A stretch of DNA of 64,000 bases from Seison nebaliae (Eukaryota): contig JALJEE010002316.1 of NCBI GenBank assembly GCA_023231475.1, positions 1-64,000 on the forward strand, given 5' to 3'. A program made the translations under genes and the position numbers. Below, piece after piece: positions 39,438 to 52,341 of the stretch (position 1 is the stretch's first letter; the number at the start of each line of letters is the position of its first letter). Below the pieces are notes generated by a model that did no database searches, was not told the origin of the DNA, and saw only the letters and a program-made list of their open reading frames with translations.

Positions 39438-40978
39438 TCATTGAATGGAAATGAAATATCCTCCAATAATAATTATTATGTAGAGAAAGAAAAGAAATCG
39501 ATCGAGAATTAACGATATTAAATACCATTCGATATCGATTTGACATCGTTCTTCATTCAATTCCACATGTAACATCTTCCAATGATGGAGACTTTTCGCC
39601 ATCATATACAGGAGCCGATTGATGGAATGTTGATGATTTTCTTCTTTAAAATTTTGATGGTTTTCTTCTTTAGAATTTTGTTGAATTTGTTTCGAAATTA
39701 ACAAACTATTTTTCTTAATTCTCTTCAGAAATTCTTCATCATTCCGACATCTTTCTTTCGATTTCCTTCAAATATTTTAAATAATGAGAAAAAAGAGAAT
39801 AAATTATGAAACTGAAGAAGATGATTTTTATCTCTCATATTCAATCGAATTTCCCATAAACAAACATATGTTGAGAGTCGAGTGAAGAATAAATGACGTA
39901 GCCAGAAAGGTGCTCGACATTGTAAGGTGATAGTAGAATTGGATGATATTGAACTGATGAAAATTGAGAGAATAATCGACGTCGTATTTGCTAATAATGA
40001 GAAATAGAGTAATCGATAAATGAACGGTGAATTCTGCCATGACGATCGAGATAATTTCGATTGGAATTCAATCGACAATAATGACAAGAGAATTATAATG
40101 AAATTGAATAATCCAATGACAATTCTCTCACGTCGATATGTTGGTAAAATGAAAATTATGGTGGCTAAAATGAATGATGCAATTCCACTGATATGTAACG
40201 TCCAATGATAAATTGATCCATTTCTTTCCAAATTCAAAGTTAAAATATATTGATCTTTCTCACGATATGGGAAGATGTGTTCGATACCGTCAGAAACGAT
40301 CCAAGAACTGAGAGAAGAAATTTGATCATCCACTTTGGTGACGGTTCGATTATCGAACAAATTCAATTTCATATGACTTCCCATCGGTGACGTTATCTTT
40401 CAATTAAATTATATTTAAATAAATTTTAAAAAATTCAAACAATTAAATGATAAAATTTGATATGAGTTCTTAAGGAAATTCTCTCGTTAAATAATCGAAG
40501 TTTGATCGTTCCAAAAACGATTTGTTTCACTTCGCCATTAGATGAGATTTGAATATCGGATCGTCTCGAAACGAATTCACTATCAATGAAATTGTTAATG
40601 ATGAAATTGAATGATAAATAACCCGTGATAAATTAAGAGGTTTGGAGTCCAAATGAATTTCTCGTCAATTTCCATAAAAGTGATGGAAGAGTAATTGGAT
40701 GGATTCCATTGATGGAATTGATCGATCCATTTCAATTCCAATTTAAAATTAAAGATTGCGTAAAAGTCATCGATATCGAGAAATTGGAGATGTTTCAAAT
40801 GAATATAAACTGGAAAAATTTGATTTATTTCAACTGGTTCGATGAATTTGATGAAATTTGAATTTTCTTCGAATATTTTCAATAATTTCTCTTGTGGATG
40901 ATTTTTAGGGAAAGTGAATGAATGAATGAATGATGAGAATTGATGAATTATTAATAGGAATGAATAGAATCGACACAT
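39438..40978 (-). CDS. Divergent pentameric ligand-gated ion channel subunit lacking Cys-loop cysteines, 4 exons
   Basis: Signal peptide, KWIDQFHQW, IWTPNL, three TMs with ERI before TM2, APFWLR, TM4 LILDRFLF. Confidence 0.8.
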
Positions 40979-41018
40979 CGACAAGAATCTAATTGAAAAT
41001 TAAAGGAAAAGAAAAAAT

Positions 41019-43075
41019 TTATGAATTTTTTCGAAGATATTTCATATCAATCGTTATGATGGTAATAACGATAGCGATAATGAATAAATAAAATAAGAAG
41101 AGAATTCGATCAATAATGAGAGCAAATAAAAAATTCTCCTTCTTTAATCGATTGATTTGATAATCGAATTCTTTCGATTCCTTCACCACTCGATCTAATC
41201 GTTGACTTAATTTCTCCAAAATTTTCTCATTTAAATTTTCAAAATTTTTATAAATTCTTTTTTTTTTCGACGATTCTTCACGTTCATATACATCCTCAAT
41301 AATCTTTTCGTTTTTATCATCTCTTCTCTTCGTCAGAGATGAATAAATAACTTCATTCTCAGAATTGATTGATTGATTATTGAATGATGGTTTTGAATGG
41401 AAATCTGGTGAGGATAGATCAATATCGACAATCGCTGTCTCTTCGTTCAATGTGGTGGATGTTTCGTCATTGGATAGACTGCTTGAAGAGAATGATGACG
41501 ATGGATGAATTAGATGATTAGTCGATGAAAATTGATCATGTTTTTCTTTCAATTGAATAAAAGTTTTCCTTTCGTTACGTTTCCTCAATTTCTTCCGACG
41601 ACTTTTACCATTCAATCGAGTCATTTGTGAATTTTGTCCATCTGATCGAATCGGTTTCGGTGACGATTCATATGGAGATTTTGAATTGTTCATTATTTCT
41701 ATTACGTCCGATTGAAGGAAAACGAATTTGGAGAGTTTATAAAAAATGAAATTATTCGTCCATTTCTTTATCTGGGAATAAATGACGATTAGTTGATTGG
41801 ACGAAGTTGTTGATCGGAGAATAATTTGAGAGTCGGTTCGTTTCGTTAAATTAAAAAGATAAATTGAGAAGGCCAATTGAATAAGAATGATGACTAAAAG
41901 GAAATGATTGAAAGAGACGATATGTGGAATGGAAATGCCAATAGGCAAATAAAATTCGATCATGATCAAAATAATGGATATGATTAAGAAATTTATGATA
42001 CATAAAGTTAAACGTTCACCATCTTCTGGTGAGAGAAGGAAAGTAGCAATGACGATCAATATACATAACATAGTCGGGAGGAGGAAGATTAATGAAAAAA
42101 ATGAATTTCTTCTTTTCAAATTCAAATAAATTAAATGTCGTCCATTCGAAATGGTTTTAGTGATATTCCATTCGATGGTTCCAATATCAGTCCCTAAATG
42201 GAAATTTGTGTCATTTTCTTTCATCATCGACAACTCGTCCAATTTATCCAATTCATTCAAATTCAATTTATATTCATAATTTTTTAAATTTGGAAACTGA
42301 TGGAAATTAAATGAAAAACCATCATAATGGTATTGAAAAATGAACTTGGAACATACAATGCATTTCATCGAAAGGAAAATTGAGAAAGTTATTTTGACAC
42401 ATCGCTGCCATTCGCATTTGATGAGACATGGAAATATTACCGGACGATTCCAATCGACATGAATGAGGCAATTTTTCTGATTCGTCAATTCTCAATTCAT
42501 GTTGACGAATATTGAGGAATTCTCTGAAAAAATAAAGAATTGGAAAGAAGAAGAGAATATGGGAACTGTTTGGAAAATTCGGTGAGAGGAGTCCAAATCA
42601 AATGTGATGGAATATCCATTTCCGTTAAATTTCCATATAAACTTCGATTCCAATTCAATCTATCATCAGTCCATTTCTATCTAATAAGAACGATAATTGA
42701 GTTGAAGATCATATGAAAAAAATCATCCAAACCATCTCCATCATGAAACTGCCATCAATGAAGAGACGTTGAGAATTCTGAAAAAATAATAAAAATTTTC
42801 AAATTTTCAAATAGAAAAAATAATAAATATTTGAAAACAATCTCATCAATCGACAATAGATTGAAATGGACGGAAATTGAACTCTCCTCTCGATTCTTTG
42901 TTAGAATTGGGAAATTGTTTTTGAAATTAACAAAGTCTTTCCACCATTCCATTCTACCATCACCATCGATGATATCTGATATATCTGATTGATATAAAAT
43001 AAATAATTAAATATAAAAAATCGTTAAACTTATCCAGAATAGTTGACATAGGAAGAATGGAATTAAGAAATTCAT
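41019..43075 (-). CDS. Divergent nAChR-like (non-alpha) Cys-loop channel subunit, 6 exons
   Basis: KWTDDRLNW, IWTP, Cys-loop CQNNFLNFPFDEMHC at 42355-42399 (in a different frame from the ORF track), GERLTL before TM2, ALIIDRILF. Confidence 0.85.
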
Positions 43076-43397
43076 GAAAATCTGTTTTATAAAATAAAAC
43101 TCTAAAAAAAAGATTGAAAAGAATAAAAGAAGGAAAAAAAAGGTGATAAATTAGAATAAATTATTAGTGAAATAAAAAAATTTGAAAAAAAAAATGAAAA
43201 ACATTTGAATATGAATTAGAAAATTTATAATATTCAGAATTCAGATGAAAAATGGTAATCGATAATATTTGAAGAATGATGTGAAGGAAATTAAAAAATA
43301 AATAATAATTATCTTTTTTAATCTAGTGTTATTTCAAGAAAAAAAACGGAAATAAACTTTTGAAATGGACGAAAAATTATGAGAAATTCAATGAAGT

Positions 43398-44522
43398 TTA
43401 TAAAGATTTATCTCGAATAACCGTATCATAACTCGGTGGTAATGTATTATTATCGGGCGGTGCTGACGGTTCCACTTCACTTCCGACTTTTTGGTTCGAT
43501 ATCTGATCCAAACTCTCACTATCCTGTCGAACGTCATTATATCGAGTGTCATTTCCAGTCGATTTTTTAGGACAAGAAAAATGATTCCTTCCGAACCAAT
43601 AAGCTGCACCAATCATAATTATTAAGGCGACGGCTGCTAATACTCCGATGACGGGCTTCAAATATTTCTTGTTATCATTTGGTGGTGGTGCCAACGATTT
43701 ATTATTGGGATAATATCCGATCGGATTCAACATATTTCGTTTACAATGAAATTTATGATTAGTGAGAAAACAATCATTTAATTTAATTTTTAAATTTACA
43801 CCGTAATATGCACAACGTCTCTCCTCAGTAACTGCTGCGAGAAATTGACTTTTAATTTGTGAGGGTATTGGATCTCTTCCAATATCTTCGACGATTCTTT
43901 TCGATTTGATGGAATTATATCCAGTCCAATCGTCTTTCGATTTTCCAAATAAATTACTCTGAGATTGACGACACATATCTTGAGAATTGTACCAACTGTC
44001 TTCAAAAGACGAAGAGAAACCACAATAATGAGAATCGATAAAATCGAATCCGATGGGACATTGTTCAGTATTTTTTGAAAGATGTTCCACAAAAATCACA
44101 TAACCTTCTCCAGTAGGAATATCTCTTGCATTGGATGTAAATGTTAAATTAATACTCTCATTCATAATGAGATGATCGACTTGTTCGTCATAACAAAAAT
44201 AACGGGGACGTGTATTTTTCGATTTTACCAATAAATTATCATATCGGACACATGGATCACCTTTACGTGAAGATCTCAAACTTTTTTTCGAAAAATACAA
44301 ATGGATCGAATCGGACACTTTCTCGATTCGAAAACTACATTTCATCGACTTCGAATATTTGTTCGTGTTCTCATATCTCATGTTAATTCGGAAGTTTTCA
44401 TTCTCGTTGATGTTCTCATGAGAATTTGGTGGGACACACCAAAATTCTTTTTCCAATGAGAAAATGACAGATATTCCACTTGTTATGTAGAAGATGAAGA
44501 ATAATAGTTGTTGTTCCAACAT
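43398..44522 (-). CDS. Single-pass receptor with CUB-like and C-type-lectin-like domains and cytoplasmic PPxY
   Basis: Signal peptide; YSKSMKCSFRIE..C.YDNL..FC..LTFTS; CPIGF..CGF..SWYNSQDMC; TM VIGVLAAVALIIMIGAAYWF; LPPSY. Confidence 0.7.
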   Translation of the reverse strand: MLEQQLLFFIFYITSGISVIFSLEKEFWCVPPNSHENINENENFRINMRYENTNKYSKSMKCSFRIEKVSDSIHLYFSKKSLRSSRKGDPCVRYDNLLVKSKNTRPRYFCYDEQVDHLIMNESINLTFTSNARDIPTGEGYVIFVEHLSKNTEQCPIGFDFIDSHYCGFSSSFEDSWYNSQDMCRQSQSNLFGKSKDDWTGYNSIKSKRIVEDIGRDPIPSQIKSQFLAAVTEERRCAYYGVNLKIKLNDCFLTNHKFHCKRNMLNPIGYYPNNKSLAPPPNDNKKYLKPVIGVLAAVALIIMIGAAYWFGRNHFSCPKKSTGNDTRYNDVRQDSESLDQISNQKVGSEVEPSAPPDNNTLPPSYDTVIRDKSL

Positions 44523-45863
44523 CCAATTAAAATTGCGAAATAACTTTCACCTAATAACAATTATTAATGGCCAACAATTCAAATTATTTTCTTCATAAAC
44601 AACACCATTTAAAAATGATGATTTATTTTTTTCAGATTAAGCTTCAATTCCTCACAAACAATAATATCGCATTTATCACGTCAAAGTCAGGCAAAATTCA
44701 CGTTATTGGGCATCGATTCATTTTAATTATTAGTCATCAATAAATTAATTTAAATTCTATTGTTTCTAATGATACCTGACAATCAATATTATGTAATGAA
44801 ATGTCAAAATCTCTATCAAATAGATCTCAAAGTACGTACAAAAATGTACATAATCAGAATAGTGACAATAATAATTAGATTAATAACAAAAATTCTTTTG
44901 AAAAAATTTAATTTTCGGATTAGGAATTTTATTTTATTTCAATAAATATTCTGAAAGATTAAACGTAAAATATCATGAAGTGTTAGGGTATTATGGGGGT
45001 AAGAGGATTAGGGGAAGAAATAGAATAAAAATGGACTTAGCACGATATAGAGAATTTGGCAATTTGTTTTATAGTTTTCGAACGGATGTTATAAAATCGA
45101 TAGGCCAATGACTGAAGGAATGAATAGTAGTATATATAACTAAAAATTGTTAGAATGTCAAATTGTCATGTTTTCTTATTGTAAAACGTCTCAGGAAAAA
45201 GTGTTTATTTTATCCATTTCCTCTACGACCATCTTCCAGTATTAAACTACTTGCAATTTATTTTAAGAATTATGACGATGACAATGTCATGAGCACTCTT
45301 AATGCCAATGGAAATGAATTAAAATGCCATGATGGAGTTGTTTCCTTTAGAAGTTTCCTGATCAAGTCAAGTGACAAATAATAGCTGGATTCATTACGGA
45401 ACAAGAAAACATTTAACTTAAGATGTTAAAACTTAAGAGGAAATGAATAGAACGATTAAGTTCACGGATGCAGAAGACGTCAGTCGATTTGAAGAGAATT
45501 CGTGCTGTTCGTATGGAAAATGTAGTTAAGATACAAGCACCAGTAAAGGTAATCTCAAAAGAAATAAAATCAATATTTGCCCTAAGAATTTTGTAGAAAA
45601 GAAAGTGTAATCGAATATTAAACTTAACTTTCCATTCACTAGTCTCGCTTTTATGGAATTAGTCTGAATGGAAACCTTTTAAAATGAATTGTTTGAATAA
45701 ATAATCGGAGGGAATTTTTAAGTCGATCTAGTTCTATAAATTGAGATCTGCAATTTGTAATGGAAAGAAATTGAGAAATTTTCTTAATATAATCTAAAAA
45801 TTTTTAAAATTTTAATAATTTCCAATTCTTTTTTCCCCATTCACTTCACTGAATTGACTTTTA

Positions 45864-45879
45864 GTGTGGTGTGTGTGTA

Positions 45880-45916
<37 letters not shown>

Positions 45917-45917
45917 G
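45864..45917. repeat. (GT)n / (GTGTAT)n microsatellite
   Basis: Direct reading. Confidence 0.9.
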
Positions 45918-48900
45918 GACGTAAGGATGAACGAATGTTATCAAATAATATGAAAGTAAATAAATAGAAATAGATATGGAAATAGATAATTAATAGTGTA
46001 ATGGATTTACGTCCACATACTAATATCCATCAACCATTGTCGACGTCGGTATATTATTAGTTAATATTTGGGTAAATGATGAGGGAAGAATCTTTTTAAT
46101 TTGATGCTAACCTATTCATTTTCTACTTTCAGAAATGATAATAAAAAAGGTCAAAATCATTGGAATAATGTTTATTCTTACTGATTATTGAAATGGAAAT
46201 ATTATTCTTCTAATACATGTATATATATGATAGATATATCTATCAAGTCATATATCGATTCATTCCTCCTCCAAACTTAATATTTCCGCACGGACCGTCC
46301 CTTATCTTCCTTTAGGATAAAACGTCCGCCAATATTTCTTTAAACGGTGTTAGAACACGTTCATTCTTCCCGTAGTTTCGACATGACAATTTTATTTCCA
46401 ATGTCTATTTCTGTGCATCATTTCTTTATCATTTGGATTGACAATAATTTAAATTATCATAAATATGAGTGAATTTTGATGGTTTCTGATGATTAATTTT
46501 AGGAACACTTTCTGACTAGAATGAAACCATAAGTATAAAGAGATTATTATCAGAAGGAAATGTTGATAATGCCCACGAGAGTGAAGAGTCTCACATTAGA
46601 ATATGTAAATGTATTTACAAATAAATTCCAATTCGAAAGTTACTAAAGTATACTTTAGTATACAGTTATAACTATAAGTGTATCGATTGTTGGGAAGGAG
46701 AAGTGTATGGAAGTGCATATTCGGAATTCTTCCGTTTCTATTATTGAAATACGAGAATATGGCATTCCTCCTTTACGAACGAATCATAATCAATTCTTCC
46801 ATAGAGAGAACGTATCATGTAAATCATTCTCAAATGACGAATTGAAGTATTGATGAAAAAGTTTCATGGAAATTACTTAGTTTCACTCATCAATTCTTCA
46901 AGATGATCGACATGTGTAATAACAATTAGCATTAGAGTTCTCATATAAAACGATCATTCTTTCCCTAACCCGAAATTTCTACATACCAAACATTTCCTTC
47001 TTCATAATCGATAATTATTTGAGGCAGATCGAAATATTTCCTTACCATCTCCCAATTCATATTCTCCTTCATTGTTTAGCAATTGAATTATTTGATGAAA
47101 TGTTGTTAAATTAGACTTCGTAATAATATGGTAATCGGAGAGGAAAGTAGTTGAATTGACAATGAGAAATTTTGAAAAAAAACTCTACGATAGTAGAAGT
47201 TCTCTTGTATCCCAAATGAGAGTAAACAATTTCTTTCTCATTCAATTTCGTTTCCTATCGAACGTTCGTCTCCTTTCATATATTGATATGACTCACGAAT
47301 TGATATTACAAATAGACAGATCAATCATAAGACGTTATTGAAAGGTCTGCAATTCTCCTCTCATCCTTCCTTCATTTGTTCATTCATTTCTTTCTCATTT
47401 TAACCTGCTTGTTCGTCGATTGATTTGTTATCGATTCTTCCAAATTCTGTCTGACTCATTATTTATTTCAAATTCTTCCATTTCCATTGAGACATTGATG
47501 ATTTTTGACAAAAGTGATTCTTCTTATTTCTCAATCGAATCATCTCTAAAGGAAAAGAAGACGGTTAATATTATATGATGTTGTATTTACACATACAAAT
47601 CGAGATGTAACTAAATATTATCATTCTTACATAAGCTTAAATGATTCTACTTAAATGTGGCTTTGTTCTGTCTCTGTTGTTGAAGTGTATTCGACTGATG
47701 TTCCTGTGGGATGGTAATAAGAGAAGTCTCTTATGCCAAATGTTTTCTCATTTTTCACAACTTACAAACACTTCGATCTGATATTCTTCATTTTTCCATT
47801 TCCTCATTCCGCCACTATCAATACGTACGCACAACGGAATATATTGTGTTGAATAAAAAGAAAATTTTACCATTTCCCCAAATGGAATAAACAACTCGAT
47901 GGGATGTGGAGTCTTTGTCGTGCCTCCCATAATTACATGTTAGCTCAAATTTAGCACATTTAATTTCATCGCCAAATTTATGATCCAACCTGATAATTGT
48001 CATACGTACACCTACGGAATTTCATATTGGGAAGATGAGCAAAGTAAATTCTTATTACTTCTGCGAATTGAGAATAGATGAACATTAGTAAAATAACAAA
48101 TCCAATCGTTGGAAAATCTCTCCAATATTCTTATGCATTCTAAAAACGAACTTTCTAGAGTTTCGTTTCCATATTTTCAATCAATAATAACATTTTTCAC
48201 CATCTGACTAAAACATGTTAACATTTCATCTGACTGATTAACTCATCTCTAGTAATTCGAAGTAATTAAAACATGTTACTTCACACCTCCATAACAGAAA
48301 AAGACATTTGTAGTTATTGTCAAAGAACGATTACGTAATTCTCTATTCACATTAGATGAACGAACTCGAAATAATTCGAAAATTTCCTGTGTTTTCAAGC
48401 ATTCAGTTAATATCGCTGCTCTTTTTCTCCTGTCATTCTATTAACAACGAAAAATGCATACAATGTGCACAGACTGTGCATTTGCAAGAGAGATTAGGTT
48501 ATTGTGAATTTTCGTTATATATTTTCTGATAAGAATGTTTCTGAGGAATAATCAGAATGTGAAATATGGGACGTAATTGTTTTAATGATAATCTCATAGG
48601 AAATTATCATCAAATTATTCCTGAACTTAACCATTTTTTCAAGTATTGTCTGTTTCTCTAAAGGATTAATAGACGTTTCGGTGAACTGGAGAGGAGAAAT
48701 TTCCCATTATTCTTTCACACCTACTCTCCTGTAGACGAGTTCAGTGCATCGGAGGTACCGTTGAATTGATGAATGTTTTCACAAATTGAATTTATCGACA
48801 TCATGTACTGAATGAATGCTTTTTAATTTCTTTCAGTTTGAAGGGGAAGTCCTCATGTGTTTCGGTTTCATATATCGTTCGGTGTATTTCCAATTTATCT

Positions 48901-49906
48901 TCCTCTAAAACAACCAATATTATCTGAATGTCGATATGAGAACGGTAATGCACATCATATATTGTCTGCAGTAGTGCCATGTAAATGAAAGCTAAGATAA
49001 ATGGGTATATGTACATGGGAATTGCATCTCCTCCAACATTGTATAGATCAGTCCTCGTTCGACTTATAACCATTTACCTTTGGTGCAAATTGGTCTTCTA
49101 ATCATTCGGAAGTATTGAATTAGATGAATGAACATGCAACAATCAATAAGACCTCCCTTCCTCTACATCATTCGTCCGATGGACAATGAAACAACATTTT
49201 ATGAATTGCTTCGATATTCAATTATAATTCTCTTTCATTTCATAAGAGATTAATCTTCCTCAGTTATTGATCTGTAGGTATTGGTCCAATTTCAAACTTT
49301 TCTTTCGCTATTTCTTTACTTGAAAATTTCGACAAACACTGTTTCTTTTATGTCCTTCGGTCTCCTCAAAGAGATTCTACAACAAAATTATCCCATATTT
49401 ATCTGAAACACAAATATTTCGTTATTAAACAAAAGAAAGAAAGAAATCGTACTAGTCGAAATAGTTGGACGGAATGAAGACTATCCTTCCCAATTTATAA
49501 TTCTTTCTTTCTTTATCTTTCTATTAAAATAATTAAGTGTGTATCGGCCTTCTCTCCCACTTTTCACCCAATGATAAATGAGATTCGTGAGATCCGAAGA
49601 TAATTTCGTCTAAAATTTCAGATATTTAATTCGGATTTCCATTCTTCAAACTACGATATGGCATGATAACTTATCATGATTCTCTAAAATTATCGTGTTA
49701 ATGAAAATGTTAATTCTTTTCTTTTTCAATGTCCGTTGAATTTCCCATGATTAATTCCATTAATGGACATTTCATTCCAATTCATTTCTTTAATAGACTC
49801 CATATGATCAGTTCTTAATCGTTCCTAACATCGTACTCTTCAATATTCCATTTTGTTTATAAAGGAAAATATCTCTAAAATAAATATTGTGTAAGAAATC
49901 AAATAG

Positions 49907-50642
49907 ATGGGAAATTCTGGTGGGAAACATCAGGACCATCGAATACTGACCGATGCTGAATTGGAATTTCTCGAAGAAACGACCAAATTAAATAAAAGTG
50001 ACATTTTGGAATGGCACCAAGGATTTCTAGTTGGCTCTTTTATTAAATTTATCAAATAAAATTTCCATTAAGTAGCTCGATTGTCCAAGTGGCATGTTAG
50101 ATAAAAAGACTTTCGTCAAAACTTATAAAAAATTATATCCATCTGGCAAACCGGAGAAGTTCTGTGATTATCTCTTTCGAGTATTCGACGCTGATTCCAG
50201 CGGGAAAATTGGTTACTTTTCTTTTTCTCTCGTTTTTCTTAGTTTATCTCAATATTCGAAATTTCGGTTAAAGATTTCGGAGAATTTCTTATTGCCGTAA
50301 GTTTGACAACTTCTGGTGATTTGCGACAACGACTTTCATGGTCGTTCGATATGTATGATATCGACGGAAACGGAAAGATCGACCATCGGGAAATGGAGAA
50401 ATTGATAGAAGTTTTCTTTCGATTTCGAAAGCTATTTTATTGATTATTTGCAGGCCATTTATGAGTTGTTAGGTGAACAACATAAGATAAAACAAAAAGG
50501 TGGAGTCCAACGTGTTGTTGATGAGATTTTCGGGATAATGGACACGAGTAAAGACGGTCTGTTATCGCGAGATGAATTCATCGATGGACTGATGAAAGAT
50601 CCACAACTCCGTAGTTTATTGGCACCAAATTCTCAAGGATAA
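49907..50642 (+). CDS. Neuronal calcium sensor (NCS/neurocalcin-like), 4 exons
   Basis: MGNSGGK myristoylation start, EWHQGFL|LDCPSG, EF hands DADSSGKIDFGE, DIDGNGKIDHRE, DTSKDGLLSRDE; introns 50030-50075, 50212-50273, 50411-50453. Confidence 0.92.
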
Positions 50643-51392
50643 CTCATCTTTATATCAAAACTTTATATCGATACTATTTATTCTTCTTGTATTCTCTTTT
50701 AATAATTTCTTGAAACGACAACTCTTTTTTTTCACAATTTAGTTTTCATTAAACTTTTAAATGAAAACAATACTCCGTTTTTAATTCACCATTATTATGA
50801 CTAAAGTAAAATTTGAATGTAATGAACGTGTGAACAGTAGGTTAATCCTGTACTTCTTTTCTTCAGTATTTTGAAAATTTCACAGTTATGAAGAATATAG
50901 ATTCTTCGACTATTATGGGTCGACTTCGTTAAGCACAAAAATTTTTAAAACTTTTACTTAAGCTTAAACCCCTCGTGAATATTAATAATTAATTTTTTAA
51001 GATAGTAGTGTACTGAAAATATCATTTCCATTACTTATTAGAAATCTTACTTAATATGAATTAAGAACTAAATTCAGACAAATAAATGAAGAAAATTTAG
51101 AATATTATTTACATAATTGTTAGAGACATAAAATATAGAATGAATTATTCGAATTGTAACAAAATATCTGTTCTGTTTAAATTCTTGATAAAAATTTTAA
51201 TTGTAGATTGTATTCTAATGGAATAGATATTACAATATGAATAAGTTTAATCAAATTTCTTTCTGTTCACTAACAAAAATAATTTTCCTTTTCTTTTCCA
51301 TTTTGCCAAAATGAAAAGAAACATTTATATTAAGAAATTTAAGCTGTGAAACTTGTACGATAATTATTGAAAATTTTCCACATTATTTATAA

Positions 51393-52241
51393 ATGACTAC
51401 CGCTGCACGTCCAACTTTCGATCCAGCTCAAGGGGGTCGTGGAAAAGGAGAATCGGGTAAATTAGATCAATTATCCGAACAATATTCAGTGAAAGATCTT
51501 CCTGGTCACTTAACTCTCAAACGAAGAGGAGTTGGACAATCGAATGTCAATGAATTGAAAGGAAAAGATTTCGTCAGTGAATTAAATCGAAGAGAACGAG
51601 AAGTTAAAGGAATTTCAGATGTTCCCGCGATTGAAGAAAACGTATCGATAAAAAATCGACAATTATCATCACCATCGTCTTCATCTTGTTCGTCGGATAG
51701 CGAAGATGAGATAGATAAAGAATTTTATTCAAATATTAAATTAGATCCTAATGATGCCGATTTCATCAAACCATCTTTTCGAAGAAATGAATCATCTTCT
51801 TCATATAGTTCATCGGAAGAAGAGGATGAAATAACATCATCAAAACGAAATCATTCCAAACAGAAAAAGAATAAGAAAATGAAGAAATCGAAAGATTATT
51901 TAGATGAAAGTGACAGTGACGATGACGAACAAGAACGTGCAGAATTATTGGCCGAATTGGAAATGATAAAAAAAGAGAGAGCGTTAGAAGAAGCGAAGAA
52001 ACTAGAAAAATTGAAAGCAGAAGAAGAAATCAATAAACAGGAAGCGATGTTAAAAGGAAACATTCTCCTCAATTTCGACCAAGAGAATGATGGTCGAATT
52101 AAACGGAATTGGAATGACGACGTCGTTTTTAAGAATTGTGCGAAAAGTGAAGAAAAGAACAAGGAACGACAATATGAATTTGTTAACGATTCTCTCCGAT
52201 CTGATTTCCATCGAAATTTCATGCAAAAATATATCCGATAA
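51393..52241 (+). CDS. CWC15: Spliceosome-associated protein CWC15
   Basis: MTTAARPTFDPAQGG, DLPGHLTLKRR, KRNWNDDVVFKN, FVNDSLRSDFHRNFMQKYI. Confidence 0.95.
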   Translation: MTTAARPTFDPAQGGRGKGESGKLDQLSEQYSVKDLPGHLTLKRRGVGQSNVNELKGKDFVSELNRREREVKGISDVPAIEENVSIKNRQLSSPSSSSCSSDSEDEIDKEFYSNIKLDPNDADFIKPSFRRNESSSSYSSSEEEDEITSSKRNHSKQKKNKKMKKSKDYLDESDSDDDEQERAELLAELEMIKKERALEEAKKLEKLKAEEEINKQEAMLKGNILLNFDQENDGRIKRNWNDDVVFKNCAKSEEKNKERQYEFVNDSLRSDFHRNFMQKYIR

Positions 52242-52341
52242 TTATCCGTTTTTTTCCATTTTTCTCATAAAAAATTTTCAAATTAAATTTTCATTTTTAT
52301 TTTCTATTAAATTTCTCAATTCAATAAAATAACAAGAATTT

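Noticed and set aside
42346..42488. N-terminus of ORF-track protein 41019-42488 (MTNQKNC...)
   Set aside because: Wrong frame; the real exon carries the Cys-loop in another frame and joins through intron 42297-42345
51393..52241. CWC15 as the cause of the GTT donor preference
   Set aside because: Conserved termini look ordinary; its presence in this window is probably coincidental
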